Origin: a virus | Taxonomy: Duplodnaviria > Heunggongvirae > Uroviricota > Caudoviricetes | IMG/VR virus record: IMGVR_UViG_2802429247_000008 | Location: 1-12,156 of that record | Reading direction: 5' to 3' (one strand) | Length of the DNA: 12,156 nt | Shown here: positions 1-5,978 of the stretch, piece by piece | Layout: each line of letters begins with the position of its first letter | Numbering within the stretch: the first letter of the stretch is position 1 | Notes under the pieces: model-generated | Database searches by the model: none | What the model saw: the letters and a program-made list of their open reading frames with translations, nothing else | Told to the model about the DNA's origin: nothing | Program-made: the position numbers and the translations under genes

Positions 1-531
1 TGAGGTGAGCATATCACCTCTGTTCAGGTGGCCAAATTCAGTGTGCCACTTCAGATTGAACGCAGCAGCAAGACGGCTGGCGGTATAGTTAATCCCCTCG
101 TTGCGTGCTTCCGCACGTACTTCAGCCAGGAAAGCATCGGTGGCTGGGGTTTGCGGCATCCTTCCGTCTATTGCGCAGATATACGCATCAGATAGTTCAT
201 CCTGCTCGCCATCAAACACGTAGCAACTCTGTACGATAAATTTATTCAGCCCCGCATTCTCCGCCGCAAGCGCAGCAAGATTAGTCTCCAGCTCTGCAAT
301 GCGTTTGCTTTGGGCTTCCCGTTCATCCAGCAGTGCCAGCACGGTAGCCGGATTGGCTGCTGCTATGAATCGCTTATTGGCGCGATTATCTGGTCCTGAG
401 CATGATGCTATGTAGTAATTTGCGTTCAGTCCGGCATCAGCAATTACCCCATAGTAATCATCAGAACACCATTCGCCAGGGGTTGCATTTTCTGCCGCCA
501 TTCGCAGTGCCTGGTAATTAATGTTGCTCAC
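1..531 (-). CDS. Phage protein, tentatively ead/Ea22-like; first 177 codons only, gene continues past the window start
   Basis: Minus-strand frame is open from 531 down to position 1. GTG at 529-531 is preceded by AGGAGG (revcomp of 538-543) with a 6-nt spacer; an in-frame ATG at 499-501 is an alternative start. Product begins VSNINYQALRMAAENATPGEW and has a coiled-coil-like stretch (DEREAQSKRIAELETNLAALAAENAGL). Family assignment is from memory and unverified. Confidence 0.55.
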   Translation of the reverse strand, partial: MSNINYQALRMAAENATPGEWCSDDYYGVIADAGLNANYYIASCSGPDNRANKRFIAAANPATVLALLDEREAQSKRIAELETNLAALAAENAGLNKFIVQSCYVFDGEQDELSDAYICAIDGRMPQTPATDAFLAEVRAEARNEGINYTASRLAAAFNLKWHTEFGHLNRGDMLTS

Positions 532-823
532 TGGTTGCCTCCTGAAAAATAACTGCATGCCCCAGCTTCTCCGCCAGTGCCAGTTCTGCCTTAGCGCCTG
601 CTGACCGCTGCCAGCCTTTCAGCATGTAAATCGCATCCACACAACGAATCATTGCCATGCAAATATCCATGTAGTGTGGCTGTGTCAGTCCGTCCGGAAG
701 TACTGCCGGACTTAAGACGGTATGCCCTTCCCGTTTCAGTTCCTCTTCCGCCTTGTGGAACGCCTCACGGTTGAAATTTTTATACCCGGTCATCGGACCA
801 GCGATATAAACCCTCACCCTCAC
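518..823 (-). CDS. DUF4406-family protein (nucleoside 2-deoxyribosyltransferase-like fold)
   Basis: 101-aa ORF. N-terminal YIAGPMTG motif followed by EGHTVLSP and a C-terminal LKGWQRSAGAKAELALA segment, the pattern I associate with DUF4406/Rcl-like proteins of lambdoid prophages. GTG start at 821-823 with AGGAGG 7 nt upstream; overlaps the stop of the upstream gene (GTGA). Confidence 0.78.
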   Translation of the reverse strand: MRVRVYIAGPMTGYKNFNREAFHKAEEELKREGHTVLSPAVLPDGLTQPHYMDICMAMIRCVDAIYMLKGWQRSAGAKAELALAEKLGHAVIFQEATSEQH

Positions 824-1236
824 GCCATCACCTCCTGAAAATTACCCTGATAAAACGCCAGCACACGCTGCATAACCTTGCTTTTCCGGCACTCGCGACA
901 GATTATGTTCTGACGTCTGTCGTAGCGGCGTATCTCTCCATCTGGTAATGAATAAATCAGGTCAGGATCGCTCTTTTTCTTCACCGCCGCTTTCGACATC
1001 TTTTCGATGGCTTTTATCCAGTCCTTACGCGCCTGCGCTGAAGGGAATATTCCATACCCTGAACCATATACAACACCACTGGCTACCAGCTCTTTCGTCA
1101 GAACTTCTATCAGATGTCTCGTCGCCCCAATTTCATTTTCCAGTTGTTTACGCGTTTTCCGACCATCTCTGCGTACCAGTTCCACAATGCGCGCCTTCAC
1201 TTCTTCCCGCTGTTCGGAAGTAAAAACTTTTGCCAC
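820..1236 (-). CDS. Hypothetical phage protein, 138 aa, possible winged-helix N-terminus
   Basis: Clean 138-aa ORF with GTG start at 1234-1236 and AGGAGG 4 nt upstream (revcomp of 1241-1246). Its stop overlaps the start of the DUF4406 gene. I recognise no family; the basic N-terminal third and a single CRECR motif are the only features. Confidence 0.7.
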   Translation of the reverse strand: MAKVFTSEQREEVKARIVELVRRDGRKTRKQLENEIGATRHLIEVLTKELVASGVVYGSGYGIFPSAQARKDWIKAIEKMSKAAVKKKSDPDLIYSLPDGEIRRYDRRQNIICRECRKSKVMQRVLAFYQGNFQEVMA

Positions 1237-1276
1237 AAGTCCTCCTGAAAATTACCTCATGATCTGAAATAAACAC

Positions 1277-2224
1277 TTACCCCCTGAAGCCCGGCGGAAT
1301 TTCGGTATCCGGTTCAGAAATGTGATTCACGCAACGCTGTACAGGCGAACGCCCCAGACGAATAACCAGCTCATCCCATTTTTCGCGAAGCTTTGACGGG
1401 CTCATGACGTTTTTTACCCAGAATGGATCCCGCTGTACCCGACCAAACATTTCGCAAATTTGTCTGTGAGTTCTGCCATCCAGCATCCGCATTGTGCGCA
1501 CATCATTGGCCCATGCAGTCCAGTTGGGTTCTTTCGGTCGCATGATTTCGCCATCATCGCTGGCAGCCTGCTCGTAAAGACTCACGATTCGTCCCCAGAT
1601 CCACTGCGCACACGCTAAATCTTCCTGGCTACCCCACTGGCGTTTTTTCGCACTGAACACAACCGCGTCAGGGTGTCGGGTTAAAAAATCCTGTTCAGCC
1701 GTCTGCGAGTCCGGTTGCGAAGCTTCCGGACGAAAAGATCTTTTATCTGACGGATCAGGTTTTAATACTGACGGATCGGGGCCAACCATCGCCCCCCTAT
1801 CCGGCTGTTTTTTATCAATGGTTGATCCATCAAAATTTGAGGGGTCAACCGTTGAGGGGGCAATATTTGACGGGTCATTTTTTGCCTGGCTAATTTTTCT
1901 TTTCGGTTTATATGCCTCACGCGCCGCCGCTGCTGCTGCTTCTAGTTTTTCCACATTAAGACGGTAGATATTGCTTACATTACGCCCACCGACCTTACGT
2001 TCCTCCTTCGTCAGCCAGCCGTTCTTTTCCAGTTCCGCTATCGCAGCTTTAACCGTTGATTCACTCTTTGCCCCAATCTGACGACGAATGGTCTCCACTG
2101 CAGGCCATGACACACCTTCGTCATTGCTGTAATCTGCAAGGCGAGCCATTACTGCCACCCTGGATAAGATCATGCCGGTGAAGGCGCACCCTTCCCAGAC
2201 AAGACCATGAAGCTTGCTGCTCAT
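1277..2224 (-). CDS. Phage replication initiator (HTH N-terminal domain, low-complexity linker, DnaT-like C-terminal region)
   Basis: 315-aa ORF with ATG at 2222-2224 and GGAG 7 nt upstream. N-terminus (GMILSRVAVMARLADYSNDEGVSWPAVETIRRQIGAKSESTVKAAIAELEKNGWL) resembles HTH replication/replisome-organiser proteins. An Ala-run and Pro/Ser/Asp-rich linker is encoded by the iteron-like DNA repeats. Position after the cro-like and ydaT genes matches an O-like role. Confidence 0.8.
   Translation of the reverse strand: MSSKLHGLVWEGCAFTGMILSRVAVMARLADYSNDEGVSWPAVETIRRQIGAKSESTVKAAIAELEKNGWLTKEERKVGGRNVSNIYRLNVEKLEAAAAAAREAYKPKRKISQAKNDPSNIAPSTVDPSNFDGSTIDKKQPDRGAMVGPDPSVLKPDPSDKRSFRPEASQPDSQTAEQDFLTRHPDAVVFSAKKRQWGSQEDLACAQWIWGRIVSLYEQAASDDGEIMRPKEPNWTAWANDVRTMRMLDGRTHRQICEMFGRVQRDPFWVKNVMSPSKLREKWDELVIRLGRSPVQRCVNHISEPDTEIPPGFRG
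1757..1886. repeat. Iteron-like repeats inside the replication gene (candidate origin of replication)
   Basis: Five direct copies of a 10-bp motif: TGACGGATCA 1757-1766, TGACGGATCG 1778-1787, TGAGGGGTCA 1847-1856, TGAGGGGGCA 1862-1871, TGACGGGTCA 1877-1886, at spacings of 21, 69, 15 and 15 bp. One inverted copy (TGATCCATCA, 1832-1841). An AT-rich stretch follows at 1887-1920. The layout is analogous to lambda ori inside gene O. Confidence 0.55.
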
Positions 2225-2247
2225 AAAAAACTCCGAACACCGTGCTT

Positions 2248-2673
2248 TTAGTGCATCACCAGGGCATTTCCCGCCGGACCACCACGATTCATCTGATTGA
2301 AACCAGCGATCGCCACTGCGACAAAATCATCAGCGTCTCTCACCAGTCGTTCCCGCGTCTCCACCAGCTCCCGAAAATAGGCTGAACTGTGGCTGCGCAT
2401 TCGGGCCACCAGCAGAGGTGGCATTGCTTTTTCGATCGCTGGTAACAACGCCTGAATTTTTTTAACCGCATCAGGGGTGTCTTTCTCCACCCAGCGGAAA
2501 ATCTTCTGAGTATTGCGAGCCAGGGCTTCTGGGTGTGAATCGTCGTACAGTTCCGGAAACGTCATACCCAGTTCAAAATAAGCCCGGGTTATTTCAGCTG
2601 CCGGAACTTTTTCTCCGTCCGGATGCGCCCAGGCATTCATCGCCATGCGGATGTGCTCATGCTTGATTTTCAT
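2248..2673 (-). CDS. ydaT: YdaT-family protein (CII-like regulator, historically annotated as a toxin)
   Basis: 141-aa ORF starting MKIKHEHI, directly downstream of and overlapping (ATGA at 2670-2673) the cro-like gene. Size, N-terminus and position match Rac YdaT. Confidence 0.72.
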   Translation of the reverse strand: MKIKHEHIRMAMNAWAHPDGEKVPAAEITRAYFELGMTFPELYDDSHPEALARNTQKIFRWVEKDTPDAVKKIQALLPAIEKAMPPLLVARMRSHSSAYFRELVETRERLVRDADDFVAVAIAGFNQMNRGGPAGNALVMH

Positions 2674-2897
2674 GAATCACTCTTCCTTTCGCTCTGAGTG
2701 GTATCCTTCTTTTTGTAAAGCTCTGGGTTCAAAGATAATTTTCCCTTGGAGTATGCAGCAGCTTCCGCAGCTCTCCCTTTCGGAACTATTTCACCGGGGC
2801 GCTTACGCCACATGTAAATAGCTTCGCGGGTTATCCCATAAAAATCAGCGACCCTCTGAACAGAGCCAAAAAACTGAACAAGTTCATCAACTCGCAT
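2670..2897 (-). CDS. Cro-like HTH regulator (YdaS family)
   Basis: 75-aa ORF transcribed divergently from the repressor. HTH-like segment VADFYGITREAIYMWRKRPGEIVP. ATG at 2895-2897 with AGGAGG 6 nt upstream (revcomp of 2904-2909). Confidence 0.7.
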   Translation of the reverse strand: MRVDELVQFFGSVQRVADFYGITREAIYMWRKRPGEIVPKGRAAEAAAYSKGKLSLNPELYKKKDTTQSERKSDS

Positions 2898-2993
2898 TTC
2901 ACCCTCCTAAAATCTAAGTATTTTTAGATTACAGGATAATTTTTTTTAGGTCAATGCGATCTAAAATAATTTATATTCAACTCGCGGGAGAAA
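2898..2993. promoter_or_regulatory. Divergent promoter/operator region between the cro-like and repressor genes (OR-like)
   Basis: 20-bp near-palindrome AATCTAAGTATTTTTAGATT at 2911-2930 and a further ATCTAAAAT half-site at 2959-2967. Candidate minus-strand promoter: -35 TTGACC (revcomp of 2949-2954), 17-bp spacer, -10 TAATCT (revcomp of 2926-2931) overlapping the palindrome. Candidate plus-strand -10 TATATT at 2972-2977 for the repressor. Confidence 0.55.
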
Positions 2994-3641
2994 ATGATGG
3001 AAAGCCTTGGCATCAGGCTTAAGAAACTCAGAAAAGATAAGGGACTCACCCAAGTAGAACTGGGTAAGCTTTCAGGCGTGACTGGGGTTACTATAGGGTA
3101 CTGGGAGAAAGATCTAAACGAACCCGGCAGCAAAGCTCTAAGTAAGTTAGCCCAAGCATTAGGAACTACTGAGTCCTATCTCCTGTATGGAGTATCGTCT
3201 CCTGAACTATCTTTTGTGCAGAGCAATCCAGGCACCAAGATCCCCTACTTTTCGTGGGGTGACGCGATTTCTTTCCTAATCTTAGAAGGAGAGAAAACAA
3301 TGGGAAATGTCGATAGGATCACCACATTCTTTGATGTAGTGGAAGGTGATTTTGCCGTTTCAATGCCTGATGACACTATGCATAACCCCTCAGGGTCGCC
3401 AAGTATCCCAGTTGGTGCCACTGTGATCCTAAGACCAGGAGAAAGTTATAAAAATGGCAGTATCGTCGCTGTAATAGTTCCAGATCCTCTTACAAATGAA
3501 CCGTCTATGACTATAAAAAAATTAGTTATTGATGGAAAACTTGTGTATTTAAGCCCTCTCAATCCGCGCTATCAATCATCCTTGCTTACGCCAGAGTGTA
3601 AAATTGTTGCCGTAGCAAAAGGTGTACAGTTCAACCTATAA
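2994..3641 (+). CDS. cI/LexA-like prophage repressor (N-terminal XRE HTH, C-terminal S24 peptidase domain)
   Basis: 215 aa. HTH at LTQVELGKLSGVTGVTIGYWEKDLNEP. C-terminal VEGDFAVSMPDD (Ser of the catalytic dyad) and MTIKKLVIDGKLVYLSPLNPRY (Lys of the dyad), closely resembling lambda cI [22 protein letters not shown]. Two tandem ATGs at 2994 and 2997. Confidence 0.85.
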   Translation: MMESLGIRLKKLRKDKGLTQVELGKLSGVTGVTIGYWEKDLNEPGSKALSKLAQALGTTESYLLYGVSSPELSFVQSNPGTKIPYFSWGDAISFLILEGEKTMGNVDRITTFFDVVEGDFAVSMPDDTMHNPSGSPSIPVGATVILRPGESYKNGSIVAVIVPDPLTNEPSMTIKKLVIDGKLVYLSPLNPRYQSSLLTPECKIVAVAKGVQFNL

Positions 3642-3663
3642 CCCTGCCATGTTCTTGAACTTA

Positions 3664-3690
3664 AGGTCGGTTATGCCGACCTTTTTTTTA
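3664..3690 (+). terminator. Rho-independent terminator downstream of the repressor gene
   Basis: Stem GGTCGG (3665-3670) and CCGACC (3676-3681) around a 5-nt loop, followed immediately by an 8-T run (3682-3689). Confidence 0.7.
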
Positions 3691-3708
3691 AATTAATTTA
3701 GATTCCTC

Positions 3709-3737
3709 TTGACTATAAAACTAAATACTTTTAGATT
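3709..3737 (+). promoter_or_regulatory. pL-like promoter with overlapping operator-like site (OL-like)
   Basis: -35 TTGACT (3709-3714), 17-bp spacer, -10 TAGATT (3732-3737). The 20-mer AAACTAAATACTTTTAGATT (3718-3737) matches the OR palindrome at 17 of 20 positions. An extra TTAGATT at 3698-3704. Confidence 0.45.
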
Positions 3738-3908
3738 TATTGCATGCCAACCCATCCCGTCCCCACAGAATGCAGGGCAATACTTCGAGTTACCAGGCAG
3801 TGGTCAGGGGTTAAGTAGCCAGCCCGAGGCGTATGAACATGACGGCGGGATTCAAATTTTGCAGTGCAGCAGTTAGTTCCGCCACCCGGCGTTAAGGGGA
3901 GAGATAAG

Positions 3909-4043
3909 ATGGTGCATTACGAAGTAGTTCAGTATTTGATGGATTGTTGCGGTATCACTTACAACCAGGCTGTGCAGGCTTTACGCAGCAACGACTGGGA
4001 TCTCTGGCAGGCAGAAGTCGCTATACGTAGCAACAAGATGTGA
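3909..4043 (+). CDS. ydaG: YdaG-like small protein (44 aa)
   Basis: ATG at 3909 preceded by GGGGAGAG. Product MVHYEVVQYLMDCCGITYNQAVQALRSNDWDLWQAEVAIRSNKM. Size and position (between repressor and ydaF/sieB) match Rac ydaG. Below the length cutoff of the supplied ORF track. Confidence 0.62.
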   Translation: MVHYEVVQYLMDCCGITYNQAVQALRSNDWDLWQAEVAIRSNKM

Positions 4044-4053
4044 GATTCGCAAA

Positions 4054-4209
4054 ATGCAAAAAATCGACCTCGGCAACAACGAATCCCTGGTGTGCGGCGT
4101 GTTCCCCAACCAGGATGGAACGTTCACTGCCATGACGTATACCAAAAGCAAAACATTTAAAACCGAAACTGGTGCGCGCCGATGGTTGGAGAAGCACACA
4201 GTAAGCTAA
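4054..4209 (+). CDS. ydaF: YdaF-like small protein (DUF1391, 51 aa)
   Basis: ATG at 4054. Product MQKIDLGNNESLVCGVFPNQDGTFTAMTYTKSKTFKTETGARRWLEKHTVS. Matches my recollection of Rac YdaF in size and position. Its stop overlaps the sieB stop convergently. Confidence 0.65.
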   Translation: MQKIDLGNNESLVCGVFPNQDGTFTAMTYTKSKTFKTETGARRWLEKHTVS

Positions 4210-4694
4210 CGATTAAAACGTCTACTCCTGCTGTTCCAGAATAACTTCATAAAATGGGAGTATTTTTCGGTGACGAGATAATAAGAACAGTTTGCGCTAT
4301 CACTCTGATGTTGAATGATGCCCTTCCGTTCTAATTTTTTCATAACCGGGTTACGGCAAGGAGAAGTGATAATAAGATTTCCTGTTTTAAGGAAATCTTT
4401 AAATACAGCGATTTCTTTCTCAGATAAACGAAGCAATACTCGTTGCTCTGGTAGTAATGAATAATGCTTTTGAATATGTGCTCGCAATCTTGAGAAGGAA
4501 ATGGCGACCACGAAAGAAAAGGCAAAAACGATAATCTGAAAGAGCCAAGATATTTCAGTATAAGCATTGAATGCGACAGTAAACTCTTTCGGTATCAGCC
4601 AGAGAGTGAGACCAAAAATGATAATCGTATACATAAGTCTTTCGAGTGGCTCGTTAGCAAAAAGTTTCAACAATGGAGTAAATACATCCAACAT
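4206..4694 (-). CDS. sieB: Superinfection exclusion protein B
   Basis: 162-aa product from ATG at 4692-4694 (MLDVFTPLLKLFANEPLERLMYTIIIFGLTLWLIP...), with hydrophobic membrane segments. The supplied ORF extends 41 codons further upstream to 4817, but that extension looks non-coding. Confidence 0.8.
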   Translation of the reverse strand: MLDVFTPLLKLFANEPLERLMYTIIIFGLTLWLIPKEFTVAFNAYTEISWLFQIIVFAFSFVVAISFSRLRAHIQKHYSLLPEQRVLLRLSEKEIAVFKDFLKTGNLIITSPCRNPVMKKLERKGIIQHQSDSANCSYYLVTEKYSHFMKLFWNSRSRRFNR

Positions 4695-4912
4695 ATCAAT
4701 AACTCTCAACTGTAAGGGTATTGAAATGTTAACACAAGCTCTCGCTGTAGGGGTATAGCCGAGACCACCGAAGCCCGGAGGTGGTGAAATAAAACCGGGC
4801 ACAACACGAAGGCGCATTTCCGATATCCATAAAGAGTCGGTCTTGTCTGTTAAATTTAAATGGTGGGAGTGCGCCTCCGGTTGTAAATAACGACATTGCT
4901 GTGTGTAGTCCT

Positions 4913-4960
4913 GGCGGCATCAGTTTTTTTCTTGAAGTTCGGCTGATGTCCGCCCTTTTT
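4913..4960 (+). terminator. Terminator-like hairpin plus T-run in the sieB/kilR divergent intergenic region
   Basis: Stem GGCGGCATCAG (4913-4923) pairs with CTGATG(T)CCGCC (4943-4954) with one bulge, followed by CTTTTT (4955-4960). The 19-nt loop is large for an intrinsic terminator, so confidence is low. Confidence 0.3.
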
Positions 4961-5135
4961 AAAGTGAATTTTGTGATGCGGTGAATGCGGCTAAGCGCAC
5001 GTGGCACAGTTAAAAGTCATGTTAGTCCTTATTGGTTTGGGTGGGAAAGCCGACTGTAATTGTTAACTGGTTGCAGTCACCTGGAGGCACCAGGCACCGC
5101 ATCAACAAAGTTCATTTGTAAAAATGGAGATAATT

Positions 5136-5357
5136 ATGATTGCACATCACTTCGGAACTGATGAAATACCACGTCAGTGTGTGACTCCTGGCGATTATGT
5201 TCTTCATGAAGGCCGGACATATATTGCCTCGGCAAACAATATTAAAAAGCGAAAACTATATATTCGTAACCTGACCACAAAAACATGCATTACTGACTGC
5301 ATGATTAAAGTTTTCCTCGGTCGTGATGGTTTACCTGTAAAGGCGGAATCATGGTGA
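5136..5357 (+). CDS. kilR: KilR-like killing / cell-division inhibitor protein (73 aa)
   Basis: ATG at 5136 with GGAG 6 nt upstream; the supplied ORF starts 4 codons earlier at 5124 with no SD. Product [35 protein letters not shown].... Position between sieB and ydaE matches Rac kilR. Sequence identity is from memory only. Confidence 0.6.
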   Translation: MIAHHFGTDEIPRQCVTPGDYVLHEGRTYIASANNIKKRKLYIRNLTTKTCITDCMIKVFLGRDGLPVKAESW

Positions 5358-5527
5358 TGACTAAGAAAATAAAATGTGCTTACCACCTTTGCAATAAAGG
5401 GGTTGAAGAAAGCAAAAGCATTAAAAGACCACTTCATTTCATGCGTGGAGTTATACCAACGACGGAAATGAAAAAATATTGTAGTGAAATCTGTGCCGAA
5501 AAAGACAAGATGGCACACGAACTTTAA
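5357..5527 (+). CDS. ydaE: YdaE-like small Cys-rich (zinc-binding) protein, 56 aa
   Basis: ATG at 5357 overlaps the kilR stop (ATGA). Product [56 protein letters not shown] carries C-x4-C ... C-x3-C. Below the ORF-track length cutoff. Confidence 0.62.
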   Translation: MTKKIKCAYHLCNKGVEESKSIKRPLHFMRGVIPTTEMKKYCSEICAEKDKMAHEL

Positions 5528-5601
5528 TTAACTGACTATGCGAAACTGAATTCATGCCAGCAATGGCAGGGATTCGCTCAACCTTAATTAAGGAGAAAAA
5601 C

Positions 5602-5877
5602 ATGATTACTAATTATGAAACCACTATTGTAACTACTGATGACATTGTTCACGAGGTTAATCTGGAAGGAAAGCGTATTGGCTACGTGATTAAAACAGAA
5701 AATAAAGAAACCCCATTCACTGTAGTTGATATCGACGGTCCATCAGGCAACGTTAAAACACTTCACGAAGGTGTCAAAAAAATGAGCCTGGTGCATATCG
5801 GAAAGAATCTGCCCACAGAAAAAAAAGCCGAATTTCTGGCAACTCTGATTGCAATGAAATTAAAAGGTGAAATCTGA
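5602..5877 (+). CDS. racC: RacC-like protein (91 aa)
   Basis: ATG at 5602 with AGGAG 6 nt upstream; the supplied ORF starts at 5554 with no SD. Product MITNYETTIVTTDDIVHEVNLEGKRIGYVIKTENKETPF.... Lies immediately upstream of recE, as in Rac. Confidence 0.6.
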   Translation: MITNYETTIVTTDDIVHEVNLEGKRIGYVIKTENKETPFTVVDIDGPSGNVKTLHEGVKKMSLVHIGKNLPTEKKAEFLATLIAMKLKGEI

Positions 5878-5882
5878 AAGAA

Positions 5883-5907
5883 ATAGCCTGCGTATGGCGC
5901 AGGCTAT
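5883..5907. repeat. Perfect 10-bp inverted repeat between racC and recE
   Basis: ATAGCCTGCG (5883-5892) and CGCAGGCTAT (5898-5907) around a 5-nt loop. No downstream T-run on the plus strand, so not a canonical intrinsic terminator. Confidence 0.5.
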
Positions 5908-5978
5908 GAACAGTGTGTATCCGGCAAGATCATTCACTGAACAAAACGAATTTTAATCTGAGTTGAGGTTAAAAAACA

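Noticed and set aside
948-1267. Plus-strand ORFs 948-1223 and 1007-1267 (91 and 86 aa)
   Set aside because: They lie antisense inside the 138-aa minus-strand gene. Products are Ser/Leu/Pro-rich low-complexity, with no SD and no recognisable family.
2951-3133. Minus-strand 60-aa ORF overlapping the start of the repressor gene
   Set aside because: Overlaps the operator/promoter region and the well-supported cI-like CDS. Composition is shadow-ORF-like.
3981-4199. Minus-strand 72-aa ORF across ydaG/ydaF
   Set aside because: The plus-strand frames give two small proteins matching known Rac proteins. The minus-strand product has no features and no SD.
4340-4758. ORFs 4340-4567 (minus) and 4567-4758 (plus) within the sieB region
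   Set aside because: Alternative-frame or antisense shadows of sieB.
4695-4817. 41-codon in-frame N-terminal extension of the sieB ORF (supplied ORF 4206-4817)
   Set aside because: The product from the internal ATG at 4694 matches the 162-aa SieB I recall. The extension is Pro/Gly-rich and overlaps a promoter-like region, though a longer isoform cannot be excluded.
4860-4886. 8-codon plus-strand mini-ORF (MVGVRLRL) upstream of the hairpin
   Set aside because: Could in principle be a leader peptide, but there is no SD and no supporting pattern.
4729-5007. Minus-strand 92-aa ORF in the sieB/kilR intergenic region
   Set aside because: No SD. Product is low-complexity and Arg/Ser-rich, and it overlaps the hairpin and promoter-like sequences. 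Most likely non-coding.
5204-5518. Minus-strand 104-aa ORF
   Set aside because: Antisense to the kilR-like and ydaE-like genes, which fit the Rac gene order.
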